DNA of 64,000 nucleotides from Octopus vulgaris (lineage: Eukaryota), in the NCBI GenBank assembly GCA_951406725.2, contig OX597822.1:434001-498000 (forward strand). Direction: 5' to 3'. Shown one piece after another: positions 14,805 through 27,365 of the stretch (positions are counted from its first letter, which is position 1; each line of letters begins with the position of its first letter). The notes below the pieces were generated by a model that worked only from the letters and a program-made list of their open reading frames with translations, was not told where the DNA came from and did no database searches. Made by a program: the position numbers and the translations under genes.

Positions 14805-15000
14805 CACATGTATTTCTCTCTCTATATATATAAATATACACATAATTGTTTTCTGAGGAAATGAGGCCAAATAATTAAGTTCGCATATATATATGTATAT
14901 ATTAATAGCAACATCAATACATACATACATACATACATACATACATACATACATACATACATACATACATACATACATGCATATATATATATATACATAC

Positions 15001-15032
<32 letters not shown>

Positions 15033-15037
15033 ATTTA

Positions 15038-15085
<48 letters not shown>
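14530..15085. repeat. Compound (CATA)n/(TA)n microsatellites
   Basis: Direct reading. Confidence 0.9.
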
Positions 15086-15088
<3 letters not shown>

Positions 15089-16379
15089 GAGGGAGAGTCA
15101 AAAGTTATATGCACTCTTGCTTTTTCAGTGTATTTATATAAAAACAGGGGATAAACAAGTACGTCATATTTCTTTATAGTCCCCTTCCTTTTCGATGCAC
15201 CTTGGTTCACCGGTCCACAGGCTTTCGTATTTTGGTTGGTCGTGTAACCACTCATGCACCGCTTCCTTCACATCTTCATCCGTAGGAAATCGACGACCTC
15301 GTAAACAATCTTTCAGCGGTCCAAAGGTATGATGGTCGGAAGAGGCGAAATCTGGGCTGTAAGCAGGGTGTTCCAGCACCTCAAAACCCAATTGGTTAAT
15401 GGTTTCAACGGTCCAGGCGGCCGTGTGTGGGCGTGCATTGTCATGCAACAACAAAACTCTCTTCGACAATAGAGTTCGGCGTTTGCTGCGAATTGCTGGC
15501 TTCAGTTTGTTGGCGAGCAAAGCACCATATCTTGCACTGATGATCATACACTCCTTTTCCAACTAGTCTTCCAGTAGAGGCCCTTTTGAAACCCCCAAAA
15601 GAGCTAGTATCACCTTTCTCGCAGGAGACTGAGTTTTGAAATTCTTTGTCGCTAGCGAGCCAGAATGTTTCCCTTCCATACTCTGTCTTTTATATTCTAC
15701 CTCATAATGATCGACTCGCACTTCATCTCCTGTAACTATTCTGCTCAAAAATTCCTCGCCTTCATTGTTGTAGCGATTGAGTAAACATTGGCAGACCTCA
15801 AGACGTTTGCGCTTGGGCTCTGCAGTAAGCTCCCTTGGCACCCATCTTGCACAGACTTTATGGAAGCCGAGCTCATCGCGGATGATTTGATAGGCAGAAC
15901 CATGACTAATCTACAGAGAACGAACTACCTCATCGATGATAACTCGCCGGTTCACCACTACTATCTCTCGAGCTTGCTGAATCTTCTCGTCAGTGATGGA
16001 GGTTGACGGGCGTCCTGATCTCTCTTCGTGCGTCACAATTGTCCGACCACTTTTAAACTTCTCGATCCACTCATACACACTTCTACGCAATAGTGTACTG
16101 TCCCCGTATGGTGCTAAAAACCTCCGATGAATTTCAGCACCTGACACACCTTCCGACCAGAGAAATCGTATCACTGCTCTTTGTTCTTCTTTGGTGCACA
16201 TTGCTATTGGGGCGATCATGCTTACGCTGTAAAACCAGAGAGAAAAATGGCGCGACCAGGCTCAAACTCCGATCACGTGGCCACAGTAGTACCAACTATA
16301 AGTACGCATATGCAGAAGGCAGTGTGACAATAAAGATATGTTATGGCGCAGAAGTGCGGATAATTTTTGACTTCTCGTA
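15086..16379 (-). mobile_element. Full-length mariner transposon (DD34D), defective
   Basis: TIRs cacgagggagagtcaaaagttatatgcact / agtgcggataatttttgacttctcgta; ~1.3 kb; inserted in (TA)n. Confidence 0.93.
15164..16219 (-). pseudogene. Mariner transposase pseudogene
   Basis: EQRAVIRFLW HTH, WVPRELT, IVTGDE, LLHDNARPH, HPAYSPDFASSD (34 residues between the 2nd and 3rd D); stops at 15911 and 15563. Confidence 0.93.
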
Positions 16380-16659
16380 TATATATGTATAAAATTATAA
16401 ATTAGGGTATCTACGAGATACCACCATGCTGAAAATAGCAGCCATGATCTGACTTTAAAACCACCTAAATTGTCCATATGGCTGCGGCCTTCGGGCTAAA
16501 GCATTTTTAAGGATCTAAGGATTTATATCAATTTATAATTTATAATTTTAATAATTATTACCTTTGAAGGTTATTTTTTTCCATGCTGACCACTTGATAA
16601 AATCGCTATTTTATTTTTAGATTAACGATCTTATCCTTATTTATATAAATTTATATATA

Positions 16660-17060
16660 TATATAAGTTCAACATCAAATCTACAAACAAGAAATTCCTT
16701 CGCACCAGAAAGGTCTAGTTGGAGTTGCAAATGAATGCCCTTTTGCAAACTCATTGCAAAAGGTTTAAAGCTGTTTACAAATGCATAGTTCATAACAAAC
16801 TTCTCAATTCTACTTGGTACTATCTAAGATCCACAATTAGTTTCAAGCATCGATATTCGGTCCATTTAAATTCAAGTATGAAGGTGCATTACCGCAAGAA
16901 AAAGGAAATTCCCTACCAGGACCAGCATACTACTTGATGGCTATAACTAAAATAATTATTATGCATATTGTTATATAACGCTACTCTGTTACTTAATAAG
17001 CAGCACGAAGCATTATCCACCTATCTACACAAATTATTTATGTCCTTCAAATTTATTCTT
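16660..17060 (+). mobile_element. Penelope-like GIY-YIG endonuclease remnant
   Basis: C..ECPF..VYKCIVHNKLLNSTWYYLRSTISFKHRYSVHLNS..LLNKQHEALSTYLHK resembles the Penelope VYK..YIGxT..FKxRY..H and LLNKRxE..CxH motifs. Confidence 0.65.
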
Positions 17061-17691
17061 AGCTCTAAGTGTAAAAGAAACTAACACTTTCTGATTTTCA
17101 CTTACATCTAGCTCAGACATTTTACCTATCCAACACTTCCATATACAAACCATTTTACCGTTATTAAATAAGCAGCACTATACATTCTCTCCGTTTATAT
17201 ATAAACTCCTTAGTCCCATAGTTCTTTGACAGGTCTTATTAACAATGTATCTTCCTTAGCGCTATGGGCACTTATTTCTTATTTTTAATTTGAAGTGTTA
17301 ACTTTATTTAAATTTAAATTTAATTATTTAAAATTAATTTTATCTATTTATTTATTCTATTTTTATTTTTATAACATTATGTCTTAACCTTAGTTTTTAT
17401 TACCCCAAATCTTAAATCTTTTGGTTATTAGTTGGCATTTATTTCTAGCGTTTCTTTGTGGCGAGATAAACCTAGGTGTTCATTCTGGTAAAATTTGACC
17501 ACCCACTGCAGACAATGTCTAGTATCTTTTTTACGTCCACTTTATTACCTACAACCCACCTTTCACTGGTACCCAGCCTTGTAGGTCTGGCATCTGCCTT
17601 ATGTTATTTTCCACCTTATCCTCCCGTTTTTAAATTTGATTCCCATCAATTTCTTTGGATAGGAATGCCACTTTACTAGTCCTTGCACTCA

Positions 17692-17746
17692 CTTCCATAA
17701 AGTCTGTGCTAGATGGGTGCCAAGGGAGCTTACTGCAGAGCACAAG
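17692..17746 (+). mobile_element. 55-bp mariner transposase fragment (FHKVCARWVPRELTAEHK)
   Basis: Reverse complement of 15812-15866 with 2 mismatches. Confidence 0.85.
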
Positions 17747-17749
17747 ATT

Positions 17750-20310
17750 AGGCAGCCTCTTGGCAGACGTCTACACTAACTGGCATCAGAACGGAAGAAT
17801 TCCTAGTGCTGTTAGCCGGGATCTGTCAAAAACTTGATCGTCGTTTTGTTTTCACGTCGCGTCTCTACCGTTTGGGCCCATCGGACGGCTTTGGTTCCTT
17901 AGTGTTTTAGCGCAAGGGCCTTAGCTGACACCCTTCGTGTTGCACCTCAAAGAAATGGTCAAGGGCCATTCTCGCCGCTAACACGTCGGTCGTGATGCCT
18001 TTACTAATAGCCCCTTCTAGTTTGCTAACAACTAGTTCTCCCTCTAATCTATTTCTCTCTCTTACTAAATCTTGGCTAAACCCTATCGATTCTACTCTAA
18101 TTGCTCTCTTCAGAACGATCCACCACCGGTTGTTGACGATTGTCCCCGTCAACTGCCGCTTAACTAGTACACTAATCCAGTCCCTGTAGTCTTTGCGAGC
18201 CGGCAAGAACTCAATTAACTTCTAGTAACCGGGTCTCTATCTACAGTCCTATCTAAGTCGACTGTGCATGTCACAAATTTGTGACCTGTGTAGCCGACCA
18301 ATTTAAATTGTGGACAACCTATGGTATCTCCATCCTCTGGCCTAACAAATACTCTATCTAAATACGATCAGAATGACCTGCTGTGGTTTCTCCATGTCCA
18401 CACTGGCACGTCAGGGAAATCCAGTTGGTACCTATCAGAAAGCTGCTATTCACGTCCGAGACCACCACCTTATCATCCAGGTCCAGAAAGATAACCCGCT
18501 CTTGGAGATGTAAGGATTTCCGGAATAGCACTACTACATCGCCACCCGCTCCCGATAGATCACAATATGAGAATATCTCGTTGTCCTCGAAAATGGATGC
18601 CAGAGAGTGTTTTCCGGAGATCCTTGTTTCACTAATGACAGTCACATTTAAATCAAGCGACCTGAGATCATTGAGCAAGTGACCTTGCTCCCAAGCTGAT
18701 CTCAGGCTACGCACATTCACACACACCATTCTCAGCACAGTCATGCTAATCGGAGAAAGAAAAAGATGAGGTTACTCACCTTGATTTTCGAGAAGTCCGG
18801 AAGTTTATGTCCTCTTTACTGGCGAAAACTTTTTAAAAGGCCCTTCAAACTGCCTTTTATCAACTGATTTTTAAAAATTCCCTACACTGCATGGAAACTT
18901 TTCTCTTATAGTTTTATAAAGGTTCTGACGACATTTTAAGTAAAAGTTTGCCTTTGGGAGTTTAGAGAATTCAGTCCCCAACTTCCTTTCCTGCCGTCTC
19001 TTGTTTTTGTTTTGACTTACAAAATCCATCAACTCACTGTCGCACAGTGAAATTGATGGATCCATTTCGTCTTGTCTGATGAATATTCTTGTTTTTGAAG
19101 ATCGGTAATTGGTTATTTCTGTGTTTGCTCTAATTTCATGCTGCTGTTGATGATGTTTCTGGTTTTGAAGTTGTTGTTCTTGCTCTTGTTGCTTTTGTTG
19201 GAGTGACAGTGAACTGTGTAGCAGTTGTGGTTTCAGTATATACTTTTGTTGAATTCTTGGAATAGGGCTATGTACCGCTTTCCACCGCTTTCGCCCACCC
19301 CCTTTTGCAACTGTGATCCATTGATCGTTCAGCTCTTCTTTCTCCATGTCATTACAGTTGATGTTGGTTTGGGAGGAAGAGCATTTAGGAGAAGCTTGCT
19401 TTTCCGTGGCAACCGGAGGTAGACTCCTTCTTTGTCTTGATTTGGGATTGGGTGTGAGCGTGGGTGTGGGCGTTGGTGTAGGAGCCTTGAGCACTTGTTC
19501 CCGATTTTGCGTTTGTGGTGTTTGTAATGTTGGCAGCAGTGGGAGTTTAGTTTTTCTTGTTTCAGAGCAGAATGCCTTTAAGTGAGTTACCGATCCACAT
19601 ATATGACATCTTGGCTTTCAACCCTCCACTAACACAGACAGGTGAATACCATCCGGGAGATCGATTAGAATGGGCAGCTGATCGATATGGTCCTGCTTGC
19701 ATTGTAAGGTTAGTTCCATATCTATACTTAACCAGTTTTGCTTAGGTATTTTCTTGACATCCAATATTGTCACTTTGTCTTCTAAACCTGCCTAGACGGC
19801 CGCCATTAGCCGGGTAATGGATATTTCTGGTGGCATATTCAGCACCCTAATCTTGGCACGACGTTGGCCGCGATAGCTGGGGATTAAGAAAAAGATGTCA
19901 TTCCTAAAAGTGGTCGCGGAATTACACTTGGCTTCTTGTTCCATCTCATATCTCACCTCAATAGTTCTAAACTTTTTTCCTTTTTTCCAAGGTATTTTTG
20001 TATTTCGCTCTCAGTAGCATTTTCCACTCGGCGTGACTTAACTCCGATGTAGCGGTATGTGACCGTGCATCTTAAGATATTTTATATCACGTAGGATGGA
20101 AGGTTTAGAGCTACCTTTCCCCCATTCCTTTTATAATTTTCCTTGCCGTTTTAAAATTTTCTTCATCACGTCGCAAACGCAAAAGAAGCGGAGGTGGCAT
20201 TCACGTTTTTATGATTCATTTATTGTTGTTGTTGTTGTTATTGTTGTCGCTGCTGTTGCTGTTGTTGTTGTCGTTGTCGACACCGAAAGTTTTGACGTTG
20301 CTCAGAGATA
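17750..20310 (-). mobile_element. Decayed, 3'-truncated L1/Tx1-clade LINE (distant relative of 25219-31095)
   Basis: ORF1: RRAKIRVLNMPPEI, KPRCHICGSVTHLKAFC zinc knuckle, WITVAKGGGRKR; ORF2 from 18744: CVNVRSLRSAWEQGHLLNDL..ISETR, LTGTIVNNRWW, HEGC; short inverted RT piece at 17750-17822. Confidence 0.88.
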
Positions 20311-20685
20311 AAACATTATTCGTTTCGGTGACGTCATTAAGTGTGGGCCAGTCTATATCTTTGTTCTCATTTCTTTTTTGACGAAGAAGGCGTTCCGTTG
20401 TCGAACATTATGATGGCTTCTTTATCAGCCATCTTTAATTGAATAATGAAAACAGCAAAATATTATCTTTTTCGAAAGTTGTTAAGATTAAAAAATTATT
20501 GATGCGCACCCCCTGCAAAATGGGGTGTTTCTACACAAAATTACTATCTGTGCAGTCCAGACAATCTCAGAAATGCAATGTTAAAAATAAAAGGAAAACA
20601 ATGGGTTTTAGAAGGCCGAAAAGATTACAAACACTATTTCAACTTACGGATCTTCAAATTCCCGTGACTTTACAGTATGGCGACC

Positions 20686-20739
<54 letters not shown>

Positions 20740-21601
20740 GTCAAGAGAGCTGAACAGAAATAAGAGGTGTATATTGCGCGTGTGTATGTGTGTGTGTGCG
20801 TGTTTTTGTGTGTACGCGCATATGTATGTGTATGTGTGCGTGTGCATATTTTTGTGTGTGTATGTACATGTGTGCATGTGTGTGTTGGTGTGTGCATATG
20901 TGAGTGTGTGTGGTGTTAGTCGATGAAATCGACCTAATTCTTGACTGGTACTGTATTTTATCGACCTAAACAATATTTGCGAGTACAACAACAGCAACAA
21001 TAATAGTGATAATAATAACAAAGGCATAAATGTGAGTGTGTATGTGTGTGTGTTTGTGTTTTATATATGTGTGTTTGTGTATGTGTAAATACATACTCAT
21101 ATATAGAAGTATATAGATATTAAAAAAATGGAAGATCGACGTATAGACATACATAGCAATGCACATATATTCATACAGCGATATACATACACAGAAATAC
21201 ACAAGCACAAAGATGCATATGTAAATACACACACACACATATACATGCACAGAAACTCACACGCGCACACACACACGCTCACATACACACGTGAAAAAAA
21301 ACGGCACCACATAAATTTGTCATCATATCGGCCACAATGTAGCAGTACACAATTCTTACCGCTATTTTCGATGCCAATTAAAGAATGTTAACGACTGTCA
21401 ACTGATTCGTTATCAGAGAGAAATTATTAGGACAGGTGCAGGGCAAACAATAGTGACGCCATTAGCCATCTGCCAAGATATCATCGTTGCCTTCTGATTC
21501 TTCATAACGTCCATTGCTAATGGCAAGTGAATTGGTTAGCCTCCTCACTACACTAGAAGTAGATCTTGCAGATTTAAATACCGAACTTTCCCTTGTACGG
21601 T

Positions 21602-21637
<36 letters not shown>

Positions 21638-21638
21638 T

Positions 21639-21672
<34 letters not shown>

Positions 21673-21779
21673 GCACACATATATTCAAATAGAAAATCGA
21701 ACATAAAAATAACAATAACAACAAACAAGAAGACGTTCACATGGAATGTATTAGTCTGACGCTCGGTAAAGAGAGAGAA

Positions 21780-21816
21780 CATTTGACGTTTCGAGCATTG
21801 CTCTTCGTCAGAAATG
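21780..21816 (-). ncRNA. Minimal type I hammerhead ribozyme
   Basis: cattt-CTGACGA-a-gagc aat gctc-GAAAC GTC-aaatg; complete core, stems I and II, palindromic ACGT stem III, GUC triplet. Confidence 0.8.
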
Positions 21817-22073
21817 AATATATATATATATATATATATTGCCTCTTGGCTGAAACAGCTGTAAATTATTTTCCCAATTTATATTCCTGTATGTTATATT
21901 TTAATAATTACTCGTATCTTTATATATTAATATATTTTATATGTAAAGCATAATATGTTATACACGTATGTATATTCTTGTAATTTTCAGTTTAGTAAAT
22001 AAATAAGTTGTCATAATATAATGTCTAAAAGTTGATGAACCACCTATTGATCCCCTCCATTTTCTTATTACTC

Positions 22074-22104
<31 letters not shown>

Positions 22105-22228
22105 TTCAACAATTGAGGGTAAAATTAATTAATTAATTATTAATCAATTTCACCAAGTGTTCAGTATGTAAAGGGACCATTTAAGGCGAATTCAAATTAT
22201 TACATTATATAAAAGGGCTTAGTAAAAT

Positions 22229-22398
22229 AAATTACTTTGCCACATACTGAACTCATTAGAAATAGTAGCTAAAAAAACTTTTTTTAAAACTATTTCTAAT
22301 ACTTAAAAGAGAGATTTTCTTTAAGTATTAGAAATAGTTTAAAAAAAAGTTTTTTTAGCTACTATTTCTAATGAGTTCAGTATGTGGCAAAGTAATTT
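22229..22398. repeat. ~80-bp-arm near-perfect inverted repeat beside (TA)n
   Basis: aaattactttgccacatactgaactcattagaaatagtagc..aatacttaaa / tttaagtatt..gctactatttctaatgagttcagtatgtggcaaagtaattt. Confidence 0.9.
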
Positions 22399-22437
22399 TA
22401 TATATATATATATGTATATACATACATACATACATAA

Positions 22438-22513
<76 letters not shown>

Positions 22514-22529
22514 AAGAAAATCAAATTTC

Positions 22530-22768
22530 CTTCCCGAGGCATAAGTTCATAGGGTTAGTTTTCTGGATTCTGTAGTGTATATGATAGCTGCTGGATGGGA
22601 CTCGGGTCTGTCACAGTATTACACATGCTTATCGGATGTGTGGACTGGAGCATCGAGAAAGGAAGTGTTTTACTCAAGATCACAACACATCACTCGGTTC
22701 ACGAATTGAAACAATAATCTTACGATCATAAGTGCAACTAACTAACTCACTCAGCCACGCGCCTCCAC
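22530..22768 (-). mobile_element. Degenerate tRNA-derived SINE (related to 41040-41253)
   Basis: gtggaggcgcgtggctgagtgagttag..gatcgtaagattattgtttcaattc head on the minus strand. Confidence 0.7.
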
Positions 22769-22962
22769 ACCTCCTCGCACATACTCTCATACACACGCAC
22801 TGTCTGGTTTTATATATGTACTTGTACTTGTATAAATATATATATATAAAATTAGTGTACATTTATACACAAAAGATACAAGACACCTTATATGCTAAAA
22901 GGAACAGTCAAAGTCCAAATTCCGGTTAAGAGTAATTTCGAAGGGAATGAAAAAGTTACCAA

Positions 22963-23029
22963 TTATACCTAGATTTCGAATATTAATGAACACATAAAAC
23001 AATTTGTTACCTGTGTTCTTCATCAGCAA
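22963..23029 (-). ncRNA. Type I hammerhead ribozyme candidate
   Basis: ttg-CTGATGA-a-gaa(cac..gtgttc..)ttc-GAAAT ctag GTA-taa; near-palindromic stem III; weak 3-bp stem I. Confidence 0.6.
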
Positions 23030-23204
23030 GGGTGCTAAAAATTAACGTATAATTATGGGACAAATAGAAATGCCCTATCTTTATACATTATAATTTTTCA
23101 AATCCACCGCGCAATCGCAGTTATAGTCGGCAGCGAATAAAAATATATGTATCAACCGTCTTCAAAATTACGAAAATCATATTAAGAGAATATATATAGG
23201 GTAG

Positions 23205-23283
<79 letters not shown>

Positions 23284-23346
23284 ATTTTTCTAAATGGTAT
23301 AATTAAATTTTTTCATTATTGATTTGATAAAGGTGTTTTTTTTAAA

Positions 23347-23377
<31 letters not shown>

Positions 23378-23378
<1 letters not shown>

Positions 23379-23817
23379 TTAAAATGAGGCTGAGAAATTA
23401 GATAGTAATTTAATTAACATCGATTTCACACCAGTGGTCTAGCATATAAAAAAATTGAAGGCTCAGTAAAATTGTATTATATACATATTAGAGGGAAACC
23501 ACTATGTGGACACCATTATGGGTAGGACTGTTTTACAAGTCTGACTTTGTGCGGACGTCCTAGTATGCAGTCTTACACATTATATTCATCTGGACGGTCG
23601 CACCGATGATCTACGGACATTTATGTAAGTAAAATTACGTAATATGTTGATAGTGAAACATGAATGCGAATAATCATATTTTTATTGCTTTTTCTTTTGT
23701 CTTGCTCGAGTACGTTTTGGTTGTTTTGCTAAATTTTTCTTGAGAACATTTCTTAGTGGTAAGACCATAGCGGATCTATTTCTAGCATAAGGGTGTCCAC
23801 ATAGTGGTTTCTCTCTA

Positions 23818-23826
<9 letters not shown>
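23378..23826 (+). mobile_element. Penelope-like terminal-repeat remnant with inverted 5' segment and decayed hammerhead (23598-23669)
   Basis: Inverted arms 23479-23520 / 23786-23826; tcgca-CCGATGA..GAAACATGAA-tgcga; sequence-related to 24832-25122. Confidence 0.6.
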
Positions 23827-23863
<37 letters not shown>

Positions 23864-23880
23864 TTATATTTGTTTCTGTC

Positions 23881-23923
<43 letters not shown>

Positions 23924-23924
<1 letters not shown>

Positions 23925-24195
23925 GTTGTGGTGAAATCCTGATACTCCTGTGAGACAGCAAGTCAACTGTCTTAAACCGTATAAAGGCGCATGTGCACTG
24001 TCAGTAAGGGACAGGATGGTGTGTGCAGGCGCTTTGGGAAGACAGTCGTAGAAGTCGCTGAGAAGAGATATTGTTTGTTACGTGTTGTTTCTGATTGATA
24101 TTTGTTTTGATATAACCTTGTTATAAGTCCGCGTTATAAAGTGGCATATACAGTGAGTTCAAAGAAGGACATAGCAGTGTCGGCGAGGCACAACA
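23924..24195 (+). mobile_element. Solo LTR (272 bp) in (ATCT)n
   Basis: TGTTGTG...CACAACA terminal inverted repeat, ctatc on both sides, internal TATAAA. Confidence 0.75.
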
Positions 24196-24636
24196 CTATC
24201 TATCTATTATGCGCAGTATTTTTGCGTGTGTATATGTGTGTGTGTGAGTAAGGATACACACTTCTCTACATTTATACAGATATACAAAAAGGGGCACGTA
24301 CACGTAAAGGCATACATACGCGCGTGTGTATGTCTGTGTGTCCGGACATATTCTATAGAAGCTCTCAATTATGTTCCAGACAACGGTTAACCACATAAAT
24401 TTGTATTTAACTTCTATGGCTACTAGGAGATATCTTCGAGCCAAGCTGGTTGAAAGACTCTGAACGAAGCTGCACAGACAATTACGCCCAGTCGCATTCG
24501 AAGCTGTTTATACTTTATGCAGAGGAAACAGATGTAGGTCATCCTAACCATACAAATAAGCTGTATGGCACTGTAAAAAAAAGAAATAGATTTTGAGGAT
24601 GTACTAGCCTCCATTTTTTTCTATCGTTATAATTAT

Positions 24637-24796
<160 letters not shown>

Positions 24797-24831
24797 GATA
24801 TATATAATAATATGAATAGTATATTAATAAT

Positions 24832-25122
24832 CCAGGTGGGTTATTAATATACTAGAAGACCCTAAATGATCTACCTTTTCTTTGGTCTTGCTCGCTTTAC
24901 GTTCTGGCGTTTGCCGACATTTTCTTGAGAACAATTTTTCTTCGTGGTATAACCATTTGGGGTCTTCTAGTATATTACGAATCCACCTGGTGGCCATTCC
25001 TCTTTATATATATGTAATATAATTTTCTTAATCTTCGGATTTTTTAAATAGACTAGGCCACTGGTTTAAATTGATATTAATTTAATTAATATTAATTTCT
25101 ACTCTCATTATTTAAATTTTTA
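24832..25122 (+). mobile_element. Penelope-like terminal-repeat remnant with ~37-bp inverted arms
   Basis: ccaggtgggttattaatatactagaagaccctaaatg / catttggggtcttctagtatattacgaatccacctgg; body similar to 23690-23770; 3' end similar to the reverse complement of 23378-23490. Confidence 0.55.
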
Positions 25123-25144
25123 CATACATACATACTTACATACA

Positions 25145-25218
<74 letters not shown>

Positions 25219-25414
25219 CGGACGTGCTGTCACTTCGGCTCCGAAGGTAATCGTTTATTTTGACTATTTATAGCCCAATTTTTGTGTACATTTTTGTAAA
25301 TAAGGTGTGTAAGGCAACCAACTTTCGTTTGAGTACTTTTCCAAGGGAGGAATTCGCCCCTAGGGCAGTTTCAACCCCATTTCATTTCTGTAATTTTCTT
25401 CTCGACATTAGAAA

Positions 25415-27308
25415 ATGTCGAGAAATTTTATTGTAGAACGCTGGTCGCGTTCCTTTATGGACCAGCATTTTCCTAGTTTGGAAACGCTAGGAGAGGAAAA
25501 AAGAACACATGCACGCAAAGTGCAAAAATGAATATCGTTGGAATGAACGCTGCAACTACGTGCGGTAACAGCCCTGTCACCACCACCACCAAAACCACTA
25601 ACAACAGCAACCACGAGACTACTACTGCTACCACCACCACCTCCAGCACCACCACTACCACCACCACCACCATGACCAACATAAATGATAAAAATAAAAC
25701 TCACACGAAAACTATTGACAAAAACAACAGCAACAAGAACAACTATAAAAATGAACTATCTAATAGTGAAGATGTTAATATAACAGAATTAACAGCACCA
25801 ACAAATTTCGCTGACACTCTGCGTCAGAAGAAATAGATTATACATTTCACGAACGAAGAACTTTTAGAAACAAGATCTCTCTTTACAACCAGAGGGCAAG
25901 ATTTAGTGCTACATACACCTCAACACATAAAGCAAGAAGTAGAAAATAAGACAATTATTTATAAAATTATAAGAAAAAACAAAAAACTAAATGAACAGAT
26001 TACAAAAACGGATGTAGAAAAATGCTTAAAAAGCATAATGAAAAAAAAAGAATACATAAACTGGGGTCCCCAGTTTAACACAGTAGTGGTCCGCTTCCCT
26101 AACCAGGAAGTGGCAAAAGCTCACTCTACTGAGTCTTTGGAAAATGATGATATCATCATGGTCCCATACTACAAAAATCAGAGAGTGAGTCGAATCACTA
26201 TTAAAAATGTACCCCCCGACATTCCTAACAAATGGATAACAGGGGCAATCTGTTATCATTTGAAAACTATCAATATTTTGGAAACCGCCGTGTACCTAAA
26301 CGACAATTGGGGTGGAAAAACTATAGTGGTGACCATACAGATTGAGGGGGCCTCTATCGAGAGCCTACCGGATAAGATCCACTTGGAAAATGGGCAAAGC
26401 CTATATATTATAGCAGAAGGCAAAAAACCTAGATGCTACAACTGTGGCAGCACCGAACATTTAATTGCCAAGTGCGATCTGGTACAGAAAAAACAAGAAA
26501 GAACAAATCAGAAAACAAATAAAAACCCTTGTTGCCAACACCAACACCAGCACACTCAATTATGGAACAATGCCAAGAAAAACAACAAACCAGCAAACAA
26601 ACCCCAACAACATCACCAAGAAAAGAAACAGTACCAACACAATCACCGTTGACGTCACAACCAATTCAACATGTTGAATCAACAAAAAATAGACCAACAC
26701 CCACACCGAGGACGACAATTAAAAAGACAGAAAACACTGACGAGAAGACAAATTCTACCCCTAACACCACAACAACACAAACACCGCACAAAACATCAAC
26801 AATTTATACAAGCATACATAGTAATGCAAATGCTTTGCCTCTACCCCATACTGATACGTCGGATCACGAAAGTTCGACGGAATGGCAAATAGCCACAGGG
26901 GGTAAAAGGAAAAGATCCAAAAAATCCACCAAACAAGGAAGTAAAGCAGGAAGATATTTAACTCCGGACAACATCCCCCTAGACAATCAAAAAAGCAATG
27001 AACCCGTAAAACTACATACATAACTAACTACAATAGACACAGACAATAAAGAATTAATGGACTACATCACATCCAACACGGTAATCTGTGAAGATGACTT
27101 TAAGACAAACAATCATCCGCACACCACACCACCGAAACACATCAGAATTTTACACATAACACAAGCACAACACCACATACTGAAAACAATATTTCCGAAT
27201 GCGGTAGGCGGGTTTCAACGATACCTGTCGAAAAAACTATACAAACACCTCATCAAAGACAATACAAAAGAAGAAGAAAAAAATGAAACTTTTGAAATGA
27301 GTAAGTGA
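25415..27308 (+). pseudogene. LINE ORF1 (T/N-rich N-terminus, RRM-like region, CX2CX4HX4C zinc knuckle, basic motif)
   Basis: MSRNFIVERWSRSF; RITIKNVPPDIP; RCYNCGSTEHLIAKC; WQIATGGKRKR; broken by stops (25834, 27021) and frameshifts. Confidence 0.88.
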
Positions 27309-27365
27309 CCTCACTTCTTGCCTCTTGTCTCTTCTAATATAGTGTGTAAAACACAATTTTCGTAA

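Noticed and set aside
21462-21605. Unique stretch with an open minus-strand frame (RTRESSVFKSARS..)
   Set aside because: No recognisable homology or splice signals
24345-24590. Strong minus-strand splice acceptor (tttcttttttttacag) before unique sequence
   Set aside because: No convincing reading frame or donor; cannot call an exon without RNA data
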